A stretch of 64,000 nt of DNA from Lingula anatina. Taxonomy: Eukaryota > Animalia > Brachiopoda. The notes beneath the pieces are model-generated. The model ran no database searches, had not been told where the DNA came from, and was given only the letters and a program-made list of their open reading frames with translations. How positions within the stretch are numbered: position 1 is the first letter of the stretch; every line of letters begins with the position of its first letter. Shown piece by piece: positions 52,926-64,000 of this stretch. A program made the translations under genes and the position numbers. The stretch lies in the NCBI GenBank assembly GCA_051362555.1, contig CM120641.1, positions 19,282,001 through 19,346,000 of the forward strand. The letters are read 5' to 3'.

Positions 52926-52951
52926 GGGGGAGGGGGGGGAGACGGGGGGGG
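52892..52951. repeat. (TG)n followed by G22, G8, G8 homopolymer runs
   Basis: Read directly. Confidence 0.95.
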
Positions 52952-55900
52952 CAGGCAAGAAATGATATAGGTAAAAGGTAAATAGAAAATGCAGTGGGGT
53001 TATTGATGTGACCTAACCCTGATTAGAGTCGAGATAGCACCACATATGGACGTGTCATTTGCTGAATGAACCACATGGCAATGCTATGACATCTGAGGAA
53101 TCGAAAATATTTGTTCTTATCTCTTATCGTTTCATTACTAATATTCTCTTTATCACCCTGTTGTATCCAAATATGAAATTTATTACACCAAAACCGAGAT
53201 AGGACGTTGTTTAAACAGGGCACTCAACTTTACAACACCTGAACAGACACACATGTACAACAACCCACGACTCGCCAACACCTACAGGGACAGACTGCTT
53301 ACTCAAGACAGCTTTAAGTAGAAAATAAAACATTTGTTTATCATAAACCATATAGTCATGAGATGGGCTGACTAAGCGTTTCTAGCCCCTAGGTCATCCC
53401 CGTGGGTCATGTTTAAGGAGTTGTCAGAACTACACGAAACTCCGTTTGGAAGCACCAAACATAAGCCCTGGTAGCGTGATCTCGACCACATAACAACGGC
53501 TCTACATTCTTGTGTTGCTGCCTTCGTATCTGAGCCCTATCAATCAAATGCCCGACTGGCAGCGGCAAAGAACACACATAGGGCTTATCTTGACTCACGG
53601 AGGTATCAGTGACTTACAGCACTTCAAACTAAAGTGTTGGAAAGCGGGCGAATGAAAGGAATATCTCTCTCCAGCGTAAACAACTAGCTGTGTCTTAAAA
53701 GTTAGAACAGCGTTTCTTAGTAGGGCTCCGCGGGAGCTAACAGGTAATAGGGAAATCTCGGATTCAGCAAATATCTGGATTGCACCTGTAAATTCTCCTT
53801 TATCAGACATCGGGAACCTAGCAACTATTACGTTTACATTCGCAAGTTTTATGGTGGCCTAAATCACGGGTAATGCCTTTGTCTTAGAGCCGATCCGATA
53901 TGTTGGCAAATATGCCGAGCTTTATGATCGTGATGAATCTAACTCACAATCTGCCGTTAAAATGGCCCCACAACTTTAGTCGACGTAAAGCCTTTCATAA
54001 TTTATTGCGTTTCAGATTCTGTCAATTCCACTATCTTTATTTTACACAGTACTAAAAAGAGGTTGTTTCCAAACAGCAGATGGAGTCTTGAAAACTAATT
54101 TTGATTCCCTTTCTTAACTTAAAAATTACTAGAACTATTGCAAAAAATGCGAATTAATTTTGAAACACAAAGCGACGATAAATTAAGGCGTTACCTATTG
54201 ACGAAAAAAAAATTAAGAAATAGAAACGGTTTGATAATTCAATAAATATTTCCACACACACAATCATATATAAATCATCAATACGCTCACTGGAAATGAG
54301 AGATCCAAATTTTTTCACGTCTTGAGATTATGTTAAACCCAGGAGTTAAGCTCTGTTTATCCACAAAGGTAAATTGAAGAAGCCATTCCTTTTGAAGTGT
54401 AATCGCAGCATTTTAAACACTTCATTTGCTTCAGATGCTTCGGATCGTTGAGTGAGAATAAGCCTTATACAAATATTCTGAAATAAATATTTATTTTATC
54501 TACTGAAGTCTGCAAATTAATGAGCTTATCAACATTCTATATCTTAATTTAATAAAATGTATTCACGTTTAATCTATAAAATATCACGATGATTAAATAT
54601 TGATTTTAAAGCAGAAAAAAATTCATGTGGGGCTTATTAGAAATCACCTACTTTATGTATGTTTTTGATAATTTCAAAATTATTTTGAAAAACATATAAA
54701 TCAGTTGCATTCTGTGACATTCATCTTAATCTGCATACATTCTACATGCACCTTTTCTGTAATCCGTACTTAACACACTGCAATCAACCCTTTTTTATCA
54801 AAGGGATAAAACATAAAAAAGAAAAAGATAAAACATTTAAAAATTGGAAAACGTTCAGAAATCACGGTCATATAATATTTTATCATGGAATTGCAGGAAA
54901 TTAATCTTGAACATGCCTGGTCGACGCTTCCTGAATACGAAATTAGGATTAACTACTTAATGTTTGTCATCAACAGAGCAGAATATAACAGTATGAAAAG
55001 TTTTGATAGCTTTGCCTCCTCCTTGTATATGCCCAGCGATCTCCAGGCAAACATAAACTTGCCTGTATGGACCGCCGAGAAGGAAAGAAAATCTGACTTG
55101 GCACTTGATTCTAAATGACTTGGTCGCTTGAGTCAATTTGTCCACCTTTCAGCGGTTGCTTTGAGCAAGTTGACTCAGAACTCCTGTCCCCTCGACTTCG
55201 CCATGAGCCCTTTTGTCAGCCGTAGTACTGTTGGCCCACCATCTTATTTTGATTGCTTACTTTTCGTTTGTGACAAATTTGATTAAGGTCCTTTCAATCC
55301 TCCACTCGGTGTGTGGGCCTCTCTTCCTAAATATCCGTGTGACTGGGGAAGTGATATGTAACAATTGTCATTACAATTCGGATCTAGGTGTCACAGGTGT
55401 GATGTCTTCTTCTCTACAGAGCCGCACGTCTGTATTAAATAAGGCGCTCCGCCTTTTCCTATTGGTTTCCACATAGTGCATTATGTGCTACTAAACCCGA
55501 TGTAATATCTGCGGATTTCACGTTAAAAGGTCACGTTTGAGGTTTTAAGGGTTTTTCAGTTCGTAAAGGCTTTTATTTCATTTTCAAGCTTTTAAAACTG
55601 GGACGAATTATCAAACACAGTACAGTGTTATTTTGCCAGCTTCTGATTTTTCGATGTTCTCGTTAACTACATGTACTCTGAAAATATCACATCATTTATT
55701 AATGACAAAATCAAATGATGCATTAGTTGGAAATTTTATATTTTCATTTTACGACCATAATAAAGAAACGGTTAATATTTAAGTATATAAATACTTTTTC
55801 TGTTGTACGCTAATTGCATTACACAAATCGATAAATTGTAAATATGTTTATGTAATATTAATAATAAAATATCTATCGTTTGCATAAGGAGATTAATTAC

Positions 55901-57331
55901 AGTCAATCATAGTAATTATGTGCCGTGGTGTGATACAGTTCCTAAAGCACAGTGTATGCGGCCGCATGATTTAACGTTAATAAAACCCGTAGTGTAATCG
56001 TGGACAAAACCACTATTTAGCTGTTGCGATTATGTTTCACTGGCTTTATCTGTTGCACGAGTCAAAGTCGACCTCCCCTACGCTGTCATTAAGACACGCA
56101 CAATAGAAACTATATTCTTGGGATTTTCTAGGGTTTAAATAGGATCTGTTGCTCATGATGTGGCACGTTAAGTGCATCCTTAACGATCGACATTATACTT
56201 AAACCTGAACACAGTGTACGTAAATCCAAATTTAATTTATATCCAGTAACTGACGTCGAAGACAAAAAGTAAGGATCTTAATTTATTTGAGCTGCCAAGC
56301 AGGCCATGGTTGACCATATGGAGCTGGGATCACGGGGTAAAGCTATGAAGCACACCTGGGCCCAATATACTGCAGTGATCTATGTCACAACATATTATTA
56401 TACTAATTACCAAACCCATTGTAGAGAACAATCAATCCTACTAAATGCATCCTTCTATTAATTGTGCTCCGGGAGGTTAATTATCGAATTAATTATCAAC
56501 CTTTTTTTGTTAACAACACATTCATAAATATCCATGACTACTTGGTATTCATGACTCATTCACATATTGGTTTATATTTGGTGGCGGTTTAGACGAAAAA
56601 CATATTTCAGATTATCTAAATTGCACACTTCAAGGCAGCCCTTTGTCAATCTTAATTTTTTATCTATAATGGAATAATATAAGTTATGATGCAATTTAAT
56701 AATTCGAACCAATCCAAACATTCTTTTACCTCAATAATATTTTTCAGTCTTATTTTTCCACAGAAGTTTCGAGAAGAAGGGCAAAATCATCTGCATACAA
56801 ACACAATTAGACGATAAGTTGTTTGACAAAAATGTAGATGGCTTTCAAAAAATCTTATTATACACTTTTTTGAATATCTATAAACCATCAACTATAGTTT
56901 GCGAAAGCTTGTAATCTAGCTCTCTAGTTAAACGATTCTGCATTACAATAATATGAAGTAAATCTAAAAGGTAGTTAATCCTCCTTGTATGTTTAGATCT
57001 GAACTCGAGGACTCAATTCCAGAAGTTCTAGAGGACCAAGTATGTGTTCTTTTGTGCCTGAATTGGCCCTCAAGTGGAACAAGTCGAAAAGAATGCTATC
57101 TGACTGTTGAGGGTTTGATAAGGTGTAAAATCTCCATCTTAAGGGGAAGTTTCCCTAATGTTAGATCACTGCTGTGTTGATAAGTTCTTATGTTCGAGAG
57201 TTGCTTTCCCTAATTTTGAGTATTTGTGTGCCCTGCTCTTCTGTTCCGATTGTGGAGGATGGGAGAGAGGGATTTAAAGAGGCCACTTCATCTAATCAGT
57301 TTATAGTTGCGTTGTGTTTAAACGACTGCTG

Positions 57332-57365
57332 TATAAACTGAGGCCCAGAATTCAGAAGCATTCGA
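57332..57365 (+). promoter_or_regulatory. Candidate Nkx2.2 core promoter (TATAAA plus Inr-like GCATTC)
   Basis: TATAAA at 57332-57337 with an Inr-like A at 57360; NK2-type sites TCAAGTG (57070) and CACTTCA (57284) upstream. A second TATAAA at 58022 is an alternative. Confidence 0.35.
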
Positions 57366-58124
57366 TCTCAACCCAAACCCTAGTTTTTACGCCATAAACC
57401 CGAGACAGCCGACTCTGTATGAGACTGCTTACCATCGATCAAGGACAACGTTAATAATCCCACTTTGTCAGCTGGATTCAAAAGTCAACCACTAAAGCAA
57501 AGAAAGGCGAGGGAAAACAAACCCCTGTTATTTAGCTAACGATCGGTACCAGTCGCATGTCGCACTTTTTAAAAGCTCTTGTTCAAAAAGACATAATCCG
57601 TTTGGGGTTTTACTTAATTTTATTCATATTTTGTCTGTTTTGCTGTTATAAAAACTTGATCTTTATAAAAGCCTACTTTTGTTTACTTGTCTTCGCCACG
57701 CCTATCAGTCTTATCACTATTCTTCTCAAGCGATGACGTCGCAAACTTATGACCAATCAGTTTTCGTCACTGTTTCGGATTTCCGTCTGTGTGCGGACTG
57801 AAGGTGTGTTCTGTGCATAATGCCTGATAACTTTACTGCTCGCCACAATATGCTGGGTCTATGTGCTAGCTCCGCCCTTGTCCAAACCTGGATTTCTTCC
57901 GAAAGTCCACTGTAATTTATGATCAAGGACACATCGCCTAGACTCCCTATATACGCCCGGGATTAAGGGCACTAAGTAGTGACAAGAGGCACAGATAGAG
58001 AGGGCCCATCATATGCTGGTCTATAAACAGGATATATATTGTAGATATAATACAGATCCTCGTCACTGCAGTGATATCAGTCCTCAGGTTTTGATATTTT
58101 ACTACTACAATTTCAGTGGCAAAT

Positions 58125-58380
58125 ATGATGGATACAGATCTAGTCATAAATGGACCGAAGACGAACAGTGCGTTTTCCGTGAAGGACATATTGGATTTAC
58201 ACGACTCGACCAAAGATAGCTGCAGTCCTGGAGGAGGGGGCTCGGACGGCGAGAGTCTCCCCCCGGCCGCCCTTAATGGTGTTGGGGAGATGGTTCACGG
58301 GGCCCAGCACGGTGGTCTACCTCATTACTTCGACCCAGAGAATCCGTACACAAGGTGGCATCAGACCTATGAATATTCCA
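58125..58380 (+). CDS. NKX2-2: Nkx2.2 coding exon 1
   Basis: ATG at 58125; donor A|GTAAGT at 58380/58381; ORF 58116..58388. Confidence 0.92.
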
Positions 58381-60524
58381 GTAAGTAGGCAACTGTATAA
58401 GCCTTTTCTAACACTATTTTATTTTTCGTGCAATTTTGACATTTACAATAATAAATAAATAAATAAATAAATAAATATATAAATAAAAAGTAAAATGACA
58501 CCCCTAGATCGTAAGAGCTCGGCTCAGGTAGGGGCTTCACGTCAGGTAAACGCCGAACACAGTGACATGAGTTAACTGTAGGGACAATTATATCGATTAA
58601 ATCGCGAGGTATTTCTTCCATTTTTTTATTCTGTTTATAGATATAACAATCATGGCCGTGGCATTGGGTGCGCTGTCTTCTCTTCACCTGTCTTTAATAT
58701 TTATCAAACTGTGCACTAGTAAAACGTCGGGTCAGACAATAACGTGGCTTAACTGCAGGTGCGCAAATGGTAATACTGGATAGGAAGTCAACCAGAGTGT
58801 TTCCTCTTGATGAAAAGACAAGCTAATAAAAAATGATAATTCTTCAGTACATTCACACTAATTTATGATGGCACTGCAAATTAATATTTACCCATTAAAG
58901 ATAATTCTTGGACCACGGGTTGCCATTATTTTATAGAACCACACGTGTGTGGCGTGCGAAGTAGGTCTGTGTATACAAATATTATTCAGTATCGTATTGT
59001 CGGCAATTAATTGTGATTAATTGCCTCTGCGCTGATCGTTACTTTTACGACAAGTTTAAAATGGAGTTAATTGAAGCAATGCACTCTAAGATAATGCAGT
59101 GAGAAATATTTTATCATAAGTTCCACTTGAAAAGGAAAATAATGGCAATGATTACTGGACAGGGCCATTTAAATGAAAATTTTTTTTTCAAACGAATTTT
59201 GAAATCAATAACATTATTCAGTCACTCTGAATATTCTTCAACTTCTGCGTAAAATTATTTAAAATGAATTCATATTTACGCTGTTTGATAACTATTTTTT
59301 CTTTACATAGGTAACTCTATTATAATTTTTGAGAAGTAGTTGAAATAATTACAAATTTTACAATAATTCCGATATATTTATCCCGTTTCAATGAATGCTG
59401 TAGGCAGTGATTTCATAAACACATAGATATTTATTTTTTCTGATCCGATTTGCTGAATTTTTATTCCACAAATAAACTGATACGTGCTTACCACCTATGT
59501 TGTATAAGGAGGGATATGTTTTTTCGTCATTAATGAGGATCCACATCCACAAAACTGTATAACATATATGTACTGATTTCAAATTATCGCAAGGGTTAGG
59601 CAAATTAGTCATAATATAATAAAAGATCTCAATTATAATCCAATCTGTAACTGTTATGCATTTTTAATTTTTTTTCTCCATTATTATTTTTAAAATCGAA
59701 ATTTTACGTTCCCAGGCCTCGCCGCCATGACCGCGCCCAGACCCCCAGAGCACAACATGATGCCGAATTCTCCCGCTGAAAGCGTGTCTTCACAAACATC
59801 AGACTGTTTAATTGAGGAAGAAGAATCAGACGAAAAAGACATCAAAAAGGATGGGGAAAATAATGAAAATGACCCGAACTCTAAAGGCGACATTCAGCAA
59901 CCGTCAAATTCTGACCCCCCTAAAAAGAGAAAACGGCGAGTGTTATTTTCAAAAGCCCAGACTTATGAACTAGAACGGCGTTTTAGGCAACAAAGGTACC
60001 TTTCCGCGCCGGAGCGGGAACATTTAGCATCAATTATTCGCCTGACGCCGACGCAAGTGAAAATCTGGTTCCAAAACCATCGCTACAAGCTGAAGAGACA
60101 GCGGCAGGAGAAAGGTATGGCGGATCTGAACCCGCTTCCATCACCTCGACGGGTGGCTGTCCCCGTGTTGGTACGAGACGGCAAACCTTGTCAGCCTCCG
60201 TCCATGAACCACAGTAGCTTGATGAAATCTCAAGAACTGTCCATGCAGCCAAGTTTAAGTTGTATGAACTCGGGCATGTCCAGTATGCCTCCTATCTCCA
60301 CCGTGGGCAGTATGTCCTCCTCATGTATGGGCAGCAACTATGGCGGCATGAGCATGAATATGAACGGGTACGGGACAGGCATGGGTGCTATCAGCTCGCC
60401 CATGAGCAGTATGAATATGAACATGAACATGAATATGAACATGAATATGGGAAATATGAACGTTTTGCCTAGTTACAGTCACCCTGCTCTCATGCAACCT
60501 CAGTCACGGTGGCCGGGTTGGTGA
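58125..60524 (+). CDS. NKX2-2: NK2 homeobox protein Nkx2.2 (vnd class), 354 aa, 2 coding exons
   Basis: Exon 1 58125-58380 plus exon 2 59716-60524, phase-1 GT-AG intron (1065 nt total). TN motif FSVKDILDL and the Nkx2.2-type NPYTRW motif. Homeodomain [60 protein letters not shown]2-[22 protein letters not shown]; C-terminal W..W. Confidence 0.95.
59716..60524 (+). CDS. NKX2-2: Nkx2.2 coding exon 2 (homeobox about 59925-60104)
   Basis: Acceptor ttcccag ending at 59715; ORF 59727..60524. Confidence 0.96.
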
Positions 60525-61106
60525 AAAAGGTCAAGATCATTTTAGATAAACATAGGTGAACATGATTCTCAATTTATCCGCATTCAGATATTTTCATTCA
60601 TCAAATTAAAGTATCAACATATATTTTATTTATTTGTTTCTTTGTACACTTATCCTTTTATTTATTTATTTTAAAGAGAAAAAAGGATACTTAGTCCATA
60701 AGAAGGCTAATTAATACGCCCAACGCTTTTCAACACGTAGGAGAATTTTTATCCGTCCCTCTTCTCGCGGCCTTATGATTTTAATTTGCACGATTCAAGG
60801 CAATTTTTCGCTTCGATATCTCTCCTCTCAGTTTTGCGAGACAATCTAAATGTTGACATCCGCATCCAAGGAAACAGAAAGTAACCTTTAGATGAAGAAA
60901 AATGTAGATGACAGCGCTTTCACGGAACACTCATCTAGATTAGGGTTTACACATTTACTTTTAACGCCAGGGTATTTGGGTACGTATTGCCTTTTAACAA
61001 AACTTTATAAAGTAATTGTAGTCTTATTATCTTATTTTAAAAGATATATGTATTGAAAAAGGAGGATATATTTGTCAGTTGTGTGTGTATATTTATGTCC
61101 AGAGTT

Positions 61107-61192
61107 ATTAAAGGAATTGTAGATTTGCTAATAAGATGGTCCAAAGTACATGTACATTTTTTGAATATTATTTTGTGATACTTAAAATTAAA
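61107..61192 (+). terminator. Candidate Nkx2.2 poly(A) signals (ATTAAA x2)
   Basis: ATTAAA at 61107-61112 and 61187-61192, 0.6 kb after the stop codon. Confidence 0.3.
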
Positions 61193-64000
61193 GCTTTTGC
61201 AACATTGCCAACTCATATGATGTATTTTGATATATGCGCAGACCTGTTGTTGAAAGCTCTTCTAACAAAAGTCTGCCGTAGCAATTACATAAGATATTAT
61301 TTTTTGAAGCAGATCTGGCTATTTCCTGGCAGTAAATATGCAGCTTACAAAGACACAAATCAATTATGAAAATGAAACCATTCCAATATCGCTACAATTT
61401 TTGAGAGGGCTGACGTAACTTTGTTTGAACCTTAATCGTTGGACATGGCATATCTTTATTTGTCCATGATTGAACTTTATTAAGCTCTCTTCAGAAATCC
61501 CCAAGATTTACGAGAGTGTTGCGTTCCATATATCGGGAATTTGATAAGCAGTAAATAACGGGAAGTGGTAAAACTGAGATCAAAGCGAACCGAGGAGTTA
61601 TAAAAGCCTCATAAACTGTCCGATTCAGATGCGGATTGGCAAAGGTGTGCGCAGTTAGTTTCCCGGCAATGCGCTCAGCTAAATTAAGGTTAACTTAATG
61701 ATATATCAGAGGAAACATTTGATTGAGCATTTCGTCTCGTAAATTATTTTACATAAAAGTGATGTTTTAACACAGATAATGTTATTTTACTTTTCTTCAA
61801 ATAAATGTATATTTATACCTCAGTCGGAAAAGAGCGTTTACGTTATTTTAATTAGCTAATAGTTTTTTTTATAAGAATAGCACGTGGTATATTGATCGAG
61901 GGATAGTTACTCATTAATTACTGACAATGCGATTGGAGGGTAATGTGAGATTACTGAACCTAGCACCGACAGCTTACCGGCTTTGATGACAGCGCTGTTG
62001 ATCCCTCGTAAAAAGCAGACTTTTTTGCAGGCAGAGCTTGTTGTGGCTAAAGGTCTGATTGCTGTTACTTTTATCACATTATTTATCATCATTTTTGTGC
62101 TAGTCCATAGTGTGTATTTCACAAGTAGCATTCGCTGAAAAGAATAAACTTTTTTATATTGTAATCAAAGCGCTGCTTACCATATGAATTTTAAAATAGA
62201 AATCTGTTGTATTCAAATCTCATATTTATCATTGATTTAAATCTGTGCAGTGTCATTGCAAGTTCCTCATATCATCAGAGTAAACCGACCTCCCGTTCTG
62301 ACTACTGCTTGCGTTTCACGCTTCACCACCCTTCGAGAGCATTTTCAGATCACAATAACCCTCAAACATTACTTAAGTGGCTGCAGATCGAGCGTACTTC
62401 AAATTTCTTACAGCTTTCAATAATCCTTTGAATTTTCGCTTCAGAGTTCTCGGAGCTTGGTTCCGGTGCAGGAACAAAATTACAGTTGCCTCTTTTAGTG
62501 GCGCGGCTTTAATTAAGGCTGTTGATTGATGGATAGTTCTAGTTGGGTAATTATGCCCTTTGTGTCGGGATTAACTCGAGATTTTCAGAAAGTAAAATGC
62601 AATGAACATTTCCGAAACGGCACATTTGATTCAAGAGCTTTTCATTCCCCGGCACTTACACTTAAATGGAGGTATCATTCTGGGATGATTCTTGTGAGCA
62701 CAGTGTAGACCAATCCCCTGGGGTCGAAGTTTCGACAGGGAGATGTGCTTCGGTCCTTAACCCACTCTTGACTTCGGGCACCACTTACGTATCGATAATT
62801 GGAAGATAAACGCGCGAAGATTAAAAACCGAGGTCTCCGGCTTTTCTATAATTGATCATATTGAAGGAATCAGATATTACTGGTATCGAATATCAGAAGG
62901 AGTACAAATTGCGATTCTTTCATCTAAGCGATATTGCGTCCATTTCCACGGGAAATGTAAAATGAAGACTTCACGAAAAGATTTACACGTGAGTTTATGC
63001 ATCAAATGCCAATTGTTCTTTGGCGTGTGCAGTCGGAGTAAAATGCACAACGATTACTTGTTTATTATTTTATTTTGTGCAAACGTTTTTTTTTTTACTT
63101 TATTTTATTTTATTTGTTACAGCTGTCCATTATTTATATCAATTAATATTATTTCATGTATTATATATTAATGAATGGCGATCTACCTGGTTGTAATTAA
63201 TCAGCAGTCTCGTCGAAAAATAGCGATGGAAAACCTGCTATGATTGTTTACTTAAATTTGATTGTTTTTGGAAGACTGATAACAGCAGATTTGGAGTACA
63301 TGTACCTTGTCAGCGTTTCAACTGATAGAAGAGGGCGTGTTTGGCGACTGGTGCTCTAAATGTCATGATTTTTCAAGTTTTACCGGCAACTGCTTTACAA
63401 CGCAAATACATTTTAATTACAACCAGTATTTAAGAGGCAATAGTAAACCTGACTTCGATAAAAACCCGGGGTAAAAACGCAAACACAGAATCAATATTGG
63501 CTACAAAGTGAAGGAAAACACACAAAAAAGAAACCGTCTAGGTATTAGAATTCAGGTGAGTGAGTGGTCTAGAGTTGGGATCGACTTTTCCACAATGCAA
63601 TTAGACTTCACGCAGAAAACAGCATAACCCGCAATATCCTTTGTTTTGACAAAAGATTGATATGAGGGCCGCTGATACTGTGAACAATCATAAGCAGAAG
63701 TGCTATCGTTTTGAAAATCGATGAAAGTGCTAGATCTCGGAGTTGGAACAACAAAGAGGTATTGACGAAGAGGTTTATCAATAACCGAGACTTGAGCACG
63801 GTTAGGATACCTAACATTTGCTTCTTAAATTGGATCTAGCCTAATTCGTATCTTGCATAATAGATTTCGACACCTTGAAGTGGCACATATGGCACTTTTT
63901 TAACATGCCCCTTCTCAAGCTGGCGATTCAAAATTGTTGGGTGGAAGATACCCCTGTTCTAACACAGCGCTATGTTGTAGCAAAAGTAGAAAGGTACAAC

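Noticed and set aside
52546-52965. 139-aa ORF, the longest unexplained one
   Set aside because: No recognisable domain; extended by TG and poly-G repeats; composition of non-coding AT-rich DNA.
59690-60472. ORFs 59690..59893(-), 60034..60252(-), 60260..60472(+)
   Set aside because: Shadow frames of Nkx2.2 exon 2; the HEHEYE repeat is the MN repeat read out of frame.
63551-63561. Strong donor-like CAG|GTGAGT near the window end
   Set aside because: No associated ORF or acceptor; cannot support an exon.
1-64000. CRISPR arrays, prokaryotic operons, rRNA/tRNA genes, intact transposons, Msxlx or Pax1/9 genes
   Set aside because: None seen; the DNA is spliceosomal-intron-containing animal sequence and no further homeobox or paired box was found in any frame.

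Overview
AT-rich, intron-containing animal genomic DNA. It is an invertebrate bilaterian, probably lophotrochozoan/molluscan, but the taxon is inferred only from protein style and composition. Three genes can be built by hand with GT-AG introns and consistent reading phases. (1) The 3' part of the 5'-3' exoribonuclease XRN2/Rat1 on the + strand: 18 exons from 60 to 22613, with the 5' part outside the window. It has one 14 kb intron among otherwise 168-620 bp introns, and a GYG-repeat low-complexity tail. (2) Nkx2.1 (scarecrow/TTF-1 class) on the - strand: 2 coding exons, 316 aa, convergent with XRN2. (3) Nkx2.2 (vnd class) on the + strand: 2 coding exons, 354 aa, head-to-head with Nkx2.1. The order XRN2>, <Nkx2.1, Nkx2.2 mirrors human XRN2-NKX2-4-NKX2-2. 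The most interesting signal is an apparently ancient genomic regulatory block. The housekeeping gene XRN2 carries a giant 3' intron with CpG-retaining, enhancer-like patches inside an otherwise CpG-depleted gene body. CpG density jumps just after the XRN2 poly(A) signal into a CpG-rich, apparently transposon-poor NK2 domain. No RNA genes, CRISPR arrays or intact transposons were seen. All counts are by eye.
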